Shown here: piece after piece, positions 44,734 to 57,420 of the stretch
Layout: every line of letters begins with the position of its first letter
Position numbering within the stretch: position 1 is the stretch's first letter
DNA from: Oopsacas minuta
Lineage: Eukaryota; Animalia; Porifera
DNA length: 64,000 nt
Assembly: GCA_024704765.1 (NCBI GenBank)
Contig: JAKMXF010000011.1
Span: forward strand, 789,557-853,556
Direction: 5' to 3'
The notes under the pieces: generated by a model
What the model was told of the DNA's origin: nothing
Database searches by the model: none
Seen by the model: only the letters and a program-made list of their open reading frames with translations
Position numbers and translations under genes: made by a program

Positions 44734-46452
44734 ATGAATTCGTATTTTTGTGTTATCTTAATTTTGATCGCGAAAGTCACAGGGAATGGAAATGGACAAC
44801 TTTGTGAACAAATTCGCGTGCCATACTGCGCGAACTTAACTAACTTCCATCGCGAAACAATTCAAGAGGCTGAATTTAATGCACCCGGGAACCAACAACA
44901 GATTATTCTCTCAAAATATGAATCACTATTTAACTGCTCAGATGAAATGAAATACTTCATCTGCAGCGCATTACTCCCTTCTTGCGAAAATTCACAACTA
45001 AAATACCCCTGCAACTCATTTTGTAGAAGAATATTAACTTCAGAATCTTGTCAAAACGAATTGAGAGAAATTATGACGTCGCCTGAAGGCAATGAAATAA
45101 CAAACATATTTAACTGTGATGTATTATACCAGGAAAGTTCAAACCAATGTATTCGTCAGCCAATGGAGGCACAAACAATAAATATACACACAAACAACAC
45201 ACAAACACACACAAACAATTCGTCACCTTTCTGTGAAGATACGCACTATACAATAGCCGCGAAACACTTCGCTTCAACTTGGCTAGTTATAACTACAATT
45301 CCCACAATTCTAATACTCTTATTCACACTATTGACGATCCTAATCAACCTCAAAGCCTACGAATATCCACTACAGCCTATACTCTACATCGTGCTTAGCC
45401 ATGTAGTGTATTGTATCGGGGTATTGTTCAGATCTGCAATAGGCTATTATGTGTCCAGCTGTCAGAATGGTGAGATAATTCGCGGGGAGTTTTGGACGTT
45501 AGAACACGCGCCTTGCATCATAATATTCATAACCACATATTTCGGTATGATGTCATACCTCGTATGGACTTGTATTCTAACAATCTGTTTGGTGTTTTCT
45601 AAGCTGTTTCAATGGAGTGATGCAGATGTAGCGAAATTTAGAGTAGTTTTCCATTCGTTAGGATGGTCGATACCTACTGCACAAACTTTAATACTAATGT
45701 CAATACGAGAATCGCGAACAGATGAACTCACTGGCATTTGCTCGGTACACGTACAGTCACGTACAACTTACATTGCTGGGTTCATACTACCTATAGTTGT
45801 GTATACAATTGCTACTAATGTAGGGATTGTATTGAGTTTATTCGGGATTATTAGAACTTATACACGAATGGGATTTTACCAGAAACATTTGGAGAAACAC
45901 ACACTTATTCGCTCTATCATAAGGATCTCAATCTTCCTATTCGCGTATACTTCTATATTCGCGGTTTTCATCATTACAACTACCTACGATTACATAGCTT
46001 ATCCTAGCTACACAGAAGTATCGTGTAAGGGTGTGAATTGCCGCATGGCCAGCCCAGCTGTTGGAATAGTCACCATAACGTGTATACTTACTAGTGGCCT
46101 GGTATCAACTATATGGATAGCTAGAACTAGCACATACACGAAATGGAAAAGAACTCTCTTAAAATTAACTCGTAGGAAACGTAATAAGAAATGCATACAA
46201 ACACGATTGAAAGAAGTAGATGACTTAATGCATAATATCGGTGAAATTACTAATCTTGAAGTGAAAGTGCCGGGATTTGTTGACGTAACGCATACATCTT
46301 CTTACGATGAGTATACATACTCAATCAACTCGACAACAACAACAAACAAGAGTGAAGATGCTAAAATGTCACAGCCTACTATTGTGAGGTGGGAAATCCC
46401 GCAAGCATCTTCAATCTGTTCAACAACACATAAAAGCATTACTACAGTGTAA
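44734..46452 (+). CDS. Frizzled-family receptor (CRD + 7TM), single exon
   Basis: Signal peptide; Cys-rich domain CEQIRVPYC...FICSALLPSC...PCNSFC; TM motifs FTLLTILI...YEYPLQPILY, FHSLGWSIP, DELTGICSV, FILPI, IIRISIF. ATG at 44734 (ORF track starts at an upstream TTG). Confidence 0.9.
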   Translation: MNSYFCVILILIAKVTGNGNGQLCEQIRVPYCANLTNFHRETIQEAEFNAPGNQQQIILSKYESLFNCSDEMKYFICSALLPSCENSQLKYPCNSFCRRILTSESCQNELREIMTSPEGNEITNIFNCDVLYQESSNQCIRQPMEAQTINIHTNNTQTHTNNSSPFCEDTHYTIAAKHFASTWLVITTIPTILILLFTLLTILINLKAYEYPLQPILYIVLSHVVYCIGVLFRSAIGYYVSSCQNGEIIRGEFWTLEHAPCIIIFITTYFGMMSYLVWTCILTICLVFSKLFQWSDADVAKFRVVFHSLGWSIPTAQTLILMSIRESRTDELTGICSVHVQSRTTYIAGFILPIVVYTIATNVGIVLSLFGIIRTYTRMGFYQKHLEKHTLIRSIIRISIFLFAYTSIFAVFIITTTYDYIAYPSYTEVSCKGVNCRMASPAVGIVTITCILTSGLVSTIWIARTSTYTKWKRTLLKLTRRKRNKKCIQTRLKEVDDLMHNIGEITNLEVKVPGFVDVTHTSSYDEYTYSINSTTTTNKSEDAKMSQPTIVRWEIPQASSICSTTHKSITTV

Positions 46453-46835
46453 AGTAGTATTGTGTACAAGTTGTATGATATAGTGTACATTCTATTTCCT
46501 ACCTAGACCTGTACAAATATTGATACTATTTTTAGACTGTATTAAATCGTTTCTAATTTATGCAATGTATACTTGCGGGATCCATGGATAGGGAAAATTT
46601 GAAAATACAGCGAGTTTTCCCCATATTTTTGGATATTTTAGGGTTGAATAGGCCCTTGATTTTGCAATGAAATGCCGGGAATTTGAAGGAATAAGTGGAG
46701 TAATTATTCTATTTATTAGATAGTTCGTTTCGACATTACGAAATTTCAATAAAATATCAAAACTTGATCTTATATCATCGATACTATGAAACAAGGTAAC
46801 GGATTCTTTGTAAAGAAAATTGATAAAAAAGTAAT

Positions 46836-49798
46836 TCATTCTGGTATAATTAGATCTTGTTCCTTAAGATCAACTTCTCTCTGCTCCCCCTCAAGTAAAC
46901 TCTTCTGTTGTTCCTCCCACATACTAGCATATAAGCCCTGTTCTTCTAACAGCTGATGGTGACTACCTCGTTCTACTATTCTACCTTTATTCAACACTAG
47001 AATTTGATTAGAGTGTATTATAGTTGATAGACGATGTGCTACAATTAGTGTAGTTCTGTTTATACAGATTTTACTCAGAGAGCTTTGTATATGACGTTCT
47101 GTTTGTGTGTCTAAAGCTGATGTAGCTTCATCCAATAGAACAATACCTATACAGTGGATAAGCAGTAATACAAGAAATATATTGGGGCAATACAGTCAAC
47201 TCCTGTTAAATGCATTCTCAAGAGACCACGGATAATTATTTCGGTATAGCCGATGAAATGTATGTTACTTTTACGGTTTGGGACCATATTTGTACAATTT
47301 ATCACTTATTTATATGAGCGGGCATTTCGATATATCCGTGTTCGATAAAACGGAAGTTGATTGTACCAATTATCTACCTGGAGATTTCAATAAAGTCCTT
47401 GCTATAGCTACTCTCTGCTTTTCACCACCACTCAGCCTCAAACCACGCTCTCCCACTATCGTATCATAGTCATTAGGCATGGATAATATCTGTTCGTGGA
47501 TTTCTGCGGCTTTCGATGCCTTCTCTACTTCCTCATCATCAGCTTTAACACGACCGTAACGAATATTAAAATGTATACTTTTATTGAATAGTACTGTATC
47601 TTGTGGCACAACACCTGAGAAAACATATAAAAGCAAATTCCCCACAAAATAATTAAATAAACACACCAATATTCTTCCTAAGTGAATGCTGTGTAACTTC
47701 TGATATATCTTGTCCATCAATTAAAATACAACCATTTTGTACGTCATAGAATCTGAATAGCAGTCTTACTATCGTAGATTTCCCACTGCCAGAAGGGCCG
47801 ACTAGTGCGACTGTACCTCCGGGGGGTATGCTGAATGATATGTCTGTGAGGATTGGTTTCTCCGGGTTGTACCAAAATGTTACATTCCTAAACTCCACTT
47901 CGTTGTTAACGACAACCATTTCAGGAGCTTTTGGCTTATTCTATATAAATCTTGTATAAAATAGCGAAAAATAATAATTTAGTGTAATTCACCTGGATTT
48001 CAAGGTCTGTATCGAAGAGTTCAAACATATTTTCCATGTCAATAAATGCCTGTTGTAAAAACCTATAAGATGACCCAAAGAAATTCAATGGGGCATACAA
48101 CTGTATCAAATACGAAGTGAATAATACATAATCACCAACAGTCAATTCTCCTAATGATATTTTGTACGCGCATAGAATTGAACCGATGAAAATCCCAAAA
48201 ACTTGAATGGCATTCTGAAAAGTATTCAAAATACGTAAACTTGCATTTGCAATCCACTCCTGTCTATTATACTTCTGAATAGCTTCGCTAATTTGAATAA
48301 CTTCAAATTCCTCATTATTATAATATTTCACAGTTTCGAAATTCAGCAATGAATCGACGCTTAAAGTTTGTATTTCATTACTTAACTCGTTCATAGCTCG
48401 TCTCCATTGACTTCTCCATTCAGTTATACCAATTGTACCCATAATATATGTCATCATAGTGAATAATACTAGCAAACCGAACCATATATCAAACGCGATT
48501 ATAAAGTATACTACGGCTATTGCAATGTCAATTATAGCTGGGGCAATTTGGAACAAAATCCAATGGAGAATATTCGTCACACTCGAAGTTCCACGATCTA
48601 GGATTTTCATGACCGCACCTGTTTTACGTCCCAGGTGAAAACGAAGCGATAGAGAGTGTAAATGCTCGAAAAGTCGCATTTGCAGTTTCTTATAAGTGTA
48701 TTGCGTAACACTAATCCATATCAAACCATTAACATTCGCTAAAACCCCAGAGCCAGTAGCTCCGCTACCAAGTAAGAAGGAAAAGAAGCAATACATAGCT
48801 ATATTGAACCAAGGTATTTGTATTGGAAGCAAATACGCTGTATCTGTTGATGAATTTCTCATAAAATTGTCAGTCAAATCATTCACAATGTTTTTAGAAA
48901 AAATTGGTACAAATACCTTAGTTACTCGTACGATTAAGAGAATTAAAATCACTGCTACAACTCGCAATTGTAAGAAGAAACTGTTTTTAGGCCAAATATA
49001 TGGAAAAAGCATTTTACATTTCGAGAAAATGTTTGAGAAAGCTGAGGAGTTTTTAGGCCCGAATTGTAGTTTAGATTTCTTGACCTGTTCACTTGAAGCA
49101 GAGCCTGGCTCAATATTTCTTTCATTAAGGTTAATCAAAGGCTCATCCTCTTCTGTAACTGATTTGAGCTTATGAGTCATATTTATGAAAGGTCTTATAA
49201 CTGAGTACACAAGTAAAATGAATATCGTAAGCGATTGGGTTACAAAGATAGAGAAATCAAATATCGACCTGCTGCTAGATAAATCCCACCAAAACGCGGA
49301 GTTATTCCAGCCCCATAGCGAGAATATTTGTTTTCCAAATTGTAGACTTATAAATGAAATGAATAGAAAACCGTTTGGCCTCAATACTCCATAGACGTAT
49401 CTCTCTTTATACAATAAAAATGACGTAATTAACCAGGAAATTGCATCAATAATACTTCTGATTATTGGCGATAGAAAGATTGGATTGGAATTGGTTTGGT
49501 AGGCTATACTAGCAAATAAATGTATTATCTCCGTAAAAGTGAGAAAATGGCAAAGATGGAATGGAATAGTAAATATTAGTCGTTTATAAACTGGGAGATT
49601 CGCTTTCAAAGGTTTGATAGAAGTACGGAATAGAATAAACTGTGTGATTCCATACAGATAGAGGTATAGAAAGGGTATGAGAGAGAAATTAATATCGTAA
49701 AAACAACGAGAAAGTGCAGCTCCTGTTTGTGTTGGCGTCCAAAAATCTTGATAAGATTCTCCGATGTAACAAAGTGTAATAGAACTAGTATTCGTCAT
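46836..49798 (-). CDS. ABCB6: ABC half-transporter ABCB6/HMT-1 type, 4 exons, ~875 aa
   Basis: Exons 49798..47993, 47940..47667, 47614..47378, 47146..46836. [33 protein letters not shown], Walker [10 protein letters not shown], signature LSGGEKQR, Walker [21 protein letters not shown]; N-terminal TMD0. Confidence 0.93.
47193..47363. mobile_element. MITE family A copy
   Basis: TA-CAGTCAACTCCTGTTA ... GATAAAACGGAAGTTGATTG-TA, ABCB6 intron 3. Confidence 0.85.
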
Positions 49799-49866
49799 TT
49801 CAGCTAAAGAGTGGAAGCAAGAACAGTTGGAAATAATAGTATATAGGAGCTTTAGAAAGCACACTA

Positions 49867-49994
49867 AAATCTAAAATTACAATTTGTGCCGACAATATAG
49901 TATATCAATTGAATTTATCTAAAGTGGCACTATAAATTGGAGGCACTAAGTGTACTCAATTTTTGCTGTCGGCACAGATTGTAATTTTAAATTT
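49867..49994. mobile_element. AT-rich foldback MITE with ~28-bp TIR
   Basis: AAATCTAAAATTACAATTTGTGCCGACA ... TGTCGGCACAGATTGTAATTTTAAATTT between GLE1 and ABCB6; TSD not resolved. Confidence 0.65.
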
Positions 49995-50082
49995 CTATAT
50001 GAAATCAAAGGATAACGATCAATGATTGTACTAAATAGACAGTATTCAAACACAAAAAGTGTGAAAAAAATAATTCAATAAT

Positions 50083-52023
50083 TCATTTAAATACATTTTT
50101 CCTCCAAAATCCGACAGGGAAAGCACCATTAGTCTCTGGTACGTCAGTCTTATGATCATCCAAGAATTTCTTCAATCTAGCAAGAGATGGATTATTTTCA
50201 GCCGGCGATGCTAAACTCAGTTTAGGTACAAATTCCTTCCTTGCCAAGTCCATCAATTTGAAGAATTGACTCCCATAAATTTTCCCCATTCTATAACCCA
50301 TGAATTCAAACGCTTCATGGAGAGCTACGTCTGAAACGCCTGGTACTAATGGCCCTTGTAGAATTTTTACTATCCAAGCCCAGGCCATGTCTAGGCCATG
50401 GAAATGTAATTTAATAGGAAACACAGTTTTAATGCCTTCTATAGGAAATTGCATTATACAAGTGTATAGACGTAGGATGCCTTTTACGCGTGTGGAGAAT
50501 TCTTCTAAATCTTCAAGTTTGTTATCTTTAACTTTATGCCCGATTGAAAGTAAATATTCTTTGCTGTTGATTTGAGTTTGTGTGGGAAATATACCCGCAA
50601 TTATCGGGCACGATCTGTAGAGAGAAGCTAGCATGAGATTAGCAAGACACAGGTGATTAGAGCACAGGCAAACAACCACACAAGCAATTGGATGTGCTGA
50701 TTTTGAATTAGATGAAATTTCCTGTTCTGCTTTCTTGATTAATTTATTTGTAATTAAGTTTGAAAAATAATCAGTTTCATCTTCTGATTCAGCCTTGAAG
50801 GATAGATTAAACGCGTTTATAATCTGTCCGCTTAACAATTTGTGTAAAATATAAATTTTCTCTATAAGGGAATCTACGTCATGTGAGGAGATAGCGTTTA
50901 TCGTAGTATTGGCTACTCGCTTGAAATTCATAATTTTATCTCTTTTCCATTGTTTCTCCCAGGCGGAACATTTCGTTTCTAACGTTTCTAGCTGTTTTAT
51001 AAGCTCCTGGGGAGGTTGTATTGGTGAATTTTGTATTGGACTTTTTAGGTTAGAAAGTTTGAAAAAGTTGTCTGAAAAATTTTCATTGCTTTTAGGTGGA
51101 TGGATTGGTGTGCTTGTGTGTATCATATGGTGTTGTGGAGCTGTTTGTATTTGCAATTGTTGTTGCTGTAAAAGCATTATTTGTTGTTGTTGTTGTTGTT
51201 GTTGTTGTTTTTGTTTATCAATATCAGTTTGATACTTCACCCTGGCAGCTTGTAGTTCTCCGATTGTTAAAGAAACTTTAGCTATATCACTACCTAATTG
51301 TGCGAATGCATTTTCGAGATCGCTAACTTGATTGTAATTCCTGTTTTCGAACTGCAATAATTGTGTAGCAATTTTCCCTATGAAATCTCTTGCATAACGG
51401 TATAACTGTGTGTTTTGTAATTGTTCTGGGCAGCTAGATACTGCGTGTTTCAGTTGATCGAATATATTAGTGAATGATAGAATTTCTTTACCAATATTGG
51501 AGTATTTTGTAACTAAAATTGACTGTTTTTGTACAGTTTCAAGGTTGCTGATATTCCGATCACTTTTTTTCGCGAATTGTAATTTCAACTTTTTAATATT
51601 TTCATTTTGGTTGACGTCATAATTGTCTGAACCTTTTCGTTGTAAAATTGGTTTCGGCTCAGTTCTACTGCGACGCCTCGCTCCAAGTTGTTGTTGAAAC
51701 ATTTTAAGTTGAATCGGTTGAGAAAAACTATACTCTTCATCTTCAAAAAGTAAATCTTGTTTGGTGGAAAATGTATAATTTATAATAGTTTGATTTTTTC
51801 GCGGTATTTCACTGTGAAATGAATCAATCTCAGAATCTATGTTAGAACGACAATCAACAAATTCATCCTGATCAATCTCTTCAGACAAAATCAGCTGATC
51901 TAACAGGCTGTGTAGACTCTCATTAATCCTACCACTCTCATTAAACTCTGTTGTAAATGATGAGCTTACAGAACCAGTCATTAATGAATTAATGCTATTA
52001 TAGTTATGGATAGAATATCCCAA
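50083..52023 (-). CDS. GLE1: mRNA export factor / nucleoporin GLE1 (probable start ATG 51981)
   Basis: N-terminal low-complexity/coiled-coil region with polyQ, then GLE1 domain: AHPIACVVV, LYRSCPIIAG, EYLLSIGHK, FSTRVKGILRLY, HGLDMAWAWIVKIL, MGKIYGSQFFKLM. Confidence 0.8.
   Translation of the reverse strand: MGYSIHNYNSINSLMTGSVSSSFTTEFNESGRINESLHSLLDQLILSEEIDQDEFVDCRSNIDSEIDSFHSEIPRKNQTIINYTFSTKQDLLFEDEEYSFSQPIQLKMFQQQLGARRRSRTEPKPILQRKGSDNYDVNQNENIKKLKLQFAKKSDRNISNLETVQKQSILVTKYSNIGKEILSFTNIFDQLKHAVSSCPEQLQNTQLYRYARDFIGKIATQLLQFENRNYNQVSDLENAFAQLGSDIAKVSLTIGELQAARVKYQTDIDKQKQQQQQQQQQIMLLQQQQLQIQTAPQHHMIHTSTPIHPPKSNENFSDNFFKLSNLKSPIQNSPIQPPQELIKQLETLETKCSAWEKQWKRDKIMNFKRVANTTINAISSHDVDSLIEKIYILHKLLSGQIINAFNLSFKAESEDETDYFSNLITNKLIKKAEQEISSNSKSAHPIACVVVCLCSNHLCLANLMLASLYRSCPIIAGIFPTQTQINSKEYLLSIGHKVKDNKLEDLEEFSTRVKGILRLYTCIMQFPIEGIKTVFPIKLHFHGLDMAWAWIVKILQGPLVPGVSDVALHEAFEFMGYRMGKIYGSQFFKLMDLARKEFVPKLSLASPAENNPSLARLKKFLDDHKTDVPETNGAFPVGFWRKNVFK
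51174..51210. repeat. (CAA)n microsatellite encoding polyQ in GLE1
   Basis: Plus strand TTGTTG run, read as KQKQQQQQQQQQ on the minus strand. Confidence 0.9.
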
Positions 52024-52040
52024 ATCGGGAATTTCATATA

Positions 52041-52117
52041 CAGTGTAACCTCCACTGAACAGACTTCAGGGACGCTGGGAAATACTACTCCAATTCCCCG
52101 TTTGTGAAGGTTCACTG
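52041..52117. mobile_element. MITE family C copy
   Basis: TA-CAGTGTAACCTCCAC ... TTTGTGAAGGTTCACTG-TA. Confidence 0.7.
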
Positions 52118-52496
52118 TATTACGTATCTGATTTCCCACCCAAACTGTTTTATAAAAAGATAAAGCATTAATCAGACATATTTCTGGATAATTCCGACTG
52201 CCTGATTATACAAACACTCGCTGCCTCAAGTTAAGTTCTGAGTGTTGCCTATATCGCACAAGAAGTTCTACCAACAAATCTAGCATTATATGCTATAACG
52301 ACCCCATAAATCCCCATTTTAGTTAAAATACCAATCCTTATATTCATATACTCTCAAAAACACAACAGTATATAAATTAGTACTGGAAACATTACAATCA
52401 AAATACACGACAAAATGAGGGATGAAAAATAAAGCAGGTATCTCAAAATGAAATCCATAAGTTATAACTAACCAAAATATATCTTGAAAAATAGAT

Positions 52497-54522
52497 TTAA
52501 GCTTTCTCATTAGGGCCAACGTTACCTTTGGAATTTAAGGTAACACCGTGAAAATCTTTAATTTGCTCCTGGAATGAAGCAGGTAGCGACCGGAAAAGAT
52601 CTTCCTTGTGTAGATTATTTGAAATGATTACAAATACGCAGAGCATTTTTAGACTGGGTTCTAGCTCGAGAACGTGTGTGTCGCTTAAATCAACAAGGTA
52701 GTCGTCACTACTACCAGTAAAGGTGTGTTCGTATTCGTTTTTATCTATGGTTTTTTCTGACGGTGAAGCTCCTCCAAACATAAATAGCTGAAAAATGTGT
52801 AAATATATATAATAAACATATTATAGTGGAGTTCGCCTATTAGCAAGTCGTATTTTGCGCTAATTGCCTTTGCTAATACTTAAACCGTTTGTGGAGTTTA
52901 CTCTGTTTTAGGCAAAGGAAAATTGCTAATAGGTGAATACCAAATTAGAATTCGACTTACTTTTGAACCAATGAGACAAGTACCAGCTCTCCGTCTAGCA
53001 CGGGGTCGTTTACCCCATGGATTCAATCTTGTCCAATGATACGTTTCTGTATTAAATATAAATAAATCGTTAAAGTGCTTGAATGAATTCTTACTGCCTC
53101 CCCCGAATATTATAATCCCATTTCTGTATTTAATAGCTGAATGACTTCTCCTTCCTTCTGGTGCTACTCCTATTGTTACGAGCTCTTCCCTAGGGAAACA
53201 ACGTTAATAATAGTAGAAGATAAATTGACTGAGATTCATGGCAAACCAAGATTGCTGCACAAAATTTGCTGTACAAAACTGCAATTAGAAAAGTAAATTC
53301 TATTATAATCAACAATAGAATATTCTAAGAGCAATACGCACGTAAAGAAAATCGTTAACTATGCTCACGGGACAATTTTTGGCTAGTTAAAAATACAATG
53401 AAACCTCGTGAATACGAATACCAACGGACGTCTTATCTGGAAAATTCGTATTTTATTGACGAGGTTCGATTGTATTAACTTACCATAGAGAAAGTTCTTT
53501 ATTATAACAATACATCGTATTATTGTATTTCCTTGTTCCGCCGAAATAATAGTCAAGATATTCCCCCCCGAAACAGAATATTTTATTACCAAACGGAGTC
53601 AGTGTATGGAAAATTAAATGAAGGTTTACTGCACACCCATTCGTGGGTAGTTTATCCCACGTGACTGTTTCCATGTCTAAAGCGAATAATTCATTAGAAT
53701 AACCCATTGTTCTCGAGTATGCACTTCTTTCGATTCCACCATGTAAATAAGCTATATTTCCTTCTGAACAGCAAGCGTGTGCATCACGTTCTAAAGGCAC
53801 GTCTCCTTTACAATGTGTGTTAAACCATATGTTACGAGTAATGTCATAGCAGAGCACAAGATGTGGGGGTCCACCCATTTGAATATTGAATCCACCTATA
53901 ATAGAGAAATTGAATAAAAATGCTTATATCTATAGAAGTTTGAAATTATACAAATGTGACCTCAGAGGGCGTCAAAGTAACCTAAATTCATCGGTTTTTT
54001 TCGAAGTAATTATCGCGGTTCCTTGAGCTTCGATATATAACAGTAGCTGACTGTAGTTATATAATTTTACACAAAATCTAACTCACCTATAATGAATATC
54101 TTATCCTTAAAAGTAACTGCAGTATGTCCAAATCTTGGATCTGTTCTAGCATCACATTGTTGATACTTCTCAGGATATTTATTATAATCGAATATGTTAT
54201 TACATATAATACTTTTGGGGTGTGGAATATACTCCCAATCACTGGAATTACTGTGTGGGTCTAAGCTTTGTATGTCCATAGTAACAAGTGGATTCGCACG
54301 CTCCATATCTGTTATAAGATGTTGTGAACAGTATCCACCGAATGAAAATATCCGTTGAGCGTAGGGCGAGTAAAGAGATGCGTGATTGACTCGACATGGG
54401 AAATTATGATATTTCGTCACAAGCCAGTGGTAGTTTTGGTTAATTTCCTCTTGGTCATTATCTTTGATTCTTAAGTCCATTCGACTTAATGCTGGAATAT
54501 GTTTAATTAAGGGAGCAAACAT
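52497..54522 (-). CDS. KLHDC3: Kelch domain-containing protein 3 (CRL2 substrate receptor), 4 exons, ~440-455 aa
   Basis: Exons 54522 (or 54480)..54087, 53895..53484, 53189..52961, 52787..52497, phase-consistent. RVNHA...FSFGGYC, PRFGHTAV, ERDAHACC, PEGRRSHSA...HFNDL, RRRAGTCLIGSKLFMFGGASP, BC-box-like PSLKMLC. Confidence 0.88.
52824..52945. mobile_element. MITE family B' copy
   Basis: TAGTGGAGTTCGCCTATTAGCAAGTCGTATTTTG ... TTGCTAATAGGTGAA in KLHDC3 intron 3. Confidence 0.65.
53920..54053. mobile_element. MITE family A copy (reverse, one end eroded)
   Basis: CGAAGTAATTATCGCGGTTCCTTGAGCTTCGATATATAAC ... CTGACTG-TA in KLHDC3 intron 1. Confidence 0.7.
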
Positions 54523-56257
54523 TATTACATATTATACACAAATTTTGCATGATTTATATGAGAATTGTATTTAATACATATACTTGGAAATATGTGCATA
54601 TTATCAAGGCTATTGACTGTATTTAATCTTTTGAATTCAGGGTAAACTCTCAAAACAAAGTTAGTCGTAGGATTTTCAAACTGTTCAACTGTAAAGACAG
54701 TTGAGAATCAATATATAGGATACACAGTGAAAAGTATGGCAACATTCCATGGACACCTGATGGTCGTTAACAATGAAAAATATTCAAAACAAGCTTGTTA
54801 CATAAGCCTAGATGTAGAGTATGGCCTCGTATTTAGGGAGACATTAATATACTTAAAGCAACCCCCAAAAAGGCAATACTCTTGTAACAGGAGTTTCATA
54901 TATACACATATGTCCAAACACGAGTTATGAATCCGAGTATTAACTAATTTGAATACTATTGTTCCAACTAATGTCTATTTTTACTGGTTTCTAATGGATC
55001 AAGATTCTGGAAATAACTCACATAAATATCTTGCAAACCTTACAAGATCTCTTTATGTATGTGTAATGTGATTCACAATTTAGTAGACATTTTGTATAAA
55101 TTTACATAATTCTGGATTGAATAAAAATATGAAAAATAGCCATAACATCAATGGATGATAAGAGAATCCATAAATTAATAACGTAGTGTATGAAATTAAC
55201 CCAGTAAGCATATTTGTATAATAATAGACCACATAAACTCATGCATTTGGGCTAGGCCACACGGTCATGTCACAGAAAAAATTAATTTTTGGTCGCCTTC
55301 TTGGGAATTTACACAAAAATGAATTCAATCAAATAATTTTAATGAATACTGAAATAATTTTAGCTATCAATTTGTGAGAATTAGGATAAGAGTACAGGTA
55401 AATAAAACTGTTCAATCTACGTAAGTCAGTTGAATTGGGGCTTGATTATTACCAAAGAACATACCGTAGAGTTGAGTGAGTAGAGGTTATGTAAATCAAA
55501 AAGTGACCGGAATGAACGAGTGAATTAACTGTAAACTATCAGTAGTAATGTGGGTCTAGAAGATAGGTTATTATAATGGTAATATACAGATATGCAACTC
55601 TGAGAGAACAGAGAAATTGGTTATGAATTAGTAACTCAAATGTATTTATACGTATAGAAATACATGCAAGTTAGCTCACGAACAAATATTAATTGATCCA
55701 AAAATTGAACTTGGGAGAAATTCATGAAATCGCCAGACGTTGAAATTGCTTTTATTGCTGTGAAAATATCACAATCAATCATTCGGTAATAGGACACAAA
55801 GCTATCGTATTTCTAACATTCCAATCAAACATTTACATAGTGGATCAGAGAACAAGAAGAAATTCCATGTGCTAGCAACAAGTTACAGACTGGAAAGAGA
55901 GAATTCTTATAGCTTATTATTAGTAATTAGACATACAATGTGAATTAAAGAATTAATTAATAATTCTCCTAAGGATCATACTTAAGATATAACTATATTA
56001 ATTAATAGCTTTTCAAAGAATAATAATTACATTTTCATTATTATCTTTAAAAGTCATAAGAAAATTGGGAGAGTTTGACGCATTTTTAGTGTAATTTCCA
56101 TTCCAGATAGAATTATTTATTTCACGAATGGTATATGTGAATAAATTTTATCAAAAAATCGTATTTTGTACGAATTTCACTTGCTAATACGCGAATTCCC
56201 AATACAAAATTGAATCTAAGTCCCTGAAAATTGCTATTAGGCGAACAGCACCGTATT

Positions 56258-57139
56258 TTAAATCACATAATTAGTCTTACCTTCAGTAGCTAACTCTTCC
56301 AGTTGATGAGCTATCTTATGCATTCTATGACGTCGTATTTTCTCTAATCGCTTCTCTTCTCTCACTCTCTCAACCATGAGATACATACGACGTTTCAATT
56401 CAATAGCTCGTTGGTATTCACTAGCGTAATGCGCGTATACATCCTTATACCCTTTACGATAATACATTTTCTCTTGTTCTAGCTGTATAGCACGATCATC
56501 TGCGTGTTTTAGATCCGTTGATACTTCTCTAAGATTAGAACGCAGCCAGTTCATTTGCATGGCATATTTCTGGCTGTACTTCATTCGTTTATGGTATAGG
56601 TCATCTTCAAGGGATCTGTTATCTCTCAAGACACTTGATAGAGCAGTACGTAGTTTAATTACAGCTTGCTGCCAGTCTTTGGAACGATCGTGTAACTATA
56701 TAGAGTAAATATTATAATCAACTTCCGTTATATAGAAGTACCCGCTTATATTGAAGTCTGGAATTGTCCAAATATGGAGCTTAGATATAATGGGAGTTGG
56801 CTGTAGATTGTCAATTTTTTGTTATATTTTGTATCCGTGTATTATTACTATATAACGTACATGCTGATTCTCAGCAATAAGATGTCCATTAATCTTCCCT
56901 ATCTCTTTAACACACTGCATTTTTTGCCTAGTCTCATCTAATAGAATGCTCTCCAACCTTTTCTGAGCTGCAGACGCTCGTTCATATAACATTAGTCCAG
57001 TCTCCCTAGACAGACGCGGTGATGTCTTATAGTACTCTACAGGAGAATATTCTTCTTCACTGACGTAATAATCTGGTATATAGTAATAGTATTGTTTGCT
57101 GCTTCGCTTCTTTTTCTTACTCTTTGTTTCGTTTGTCAT
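56258..57139 (-). CDS. Uncharacterised coiled-coil protein, 2 exons, ~238 aa
   Basis: Exons 57139..56861 and 56695..56258 joined in frame by a phase-0 GTACGT..ATAG intron that contains a MITE; Lys/Tyr-rich N-terminus then charged heptads. Confidence 0.6.
56716..56803. mobile_element. MITE family A copy (short, degenerate)
   Basis: AATCAACTTCCGTTATATAGAAGTACCCGCTTATA ... GGGAGTTGGCTG-TA. Confidence 0.7.
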
Positions 57140-57420
57140 TGAATTGGAGAATTTCTTATAATATTTGAATGTAGTATTTCTATAATTACGATACAATTTA
57201 TATAGAATTGCAATTGTGGTGGCCTGATGCAAATATCTTCTATATGTAGACAAATTATAAATGAATGAGTATCTTACGATATAATGATTTAATATCGGCG
57301 GAAGAAAAGCGAAAAATACCAGGAAATAATGTGTGTTCAATAAAATTCACAAGATTGATTAAATTCATATTTTCTATTGGGAAGAAATATACACAATTTA
57401 TGCTATAAGATCGTTATCTG

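Noticed and set aside
55255-55310. Sm-site-like AATTTTTGG suggesting an snRNA or SL RNA gene
   Set aside because: Such motifs are common in AT-rich DNA; no convincing flanking stem-loops or donor site.
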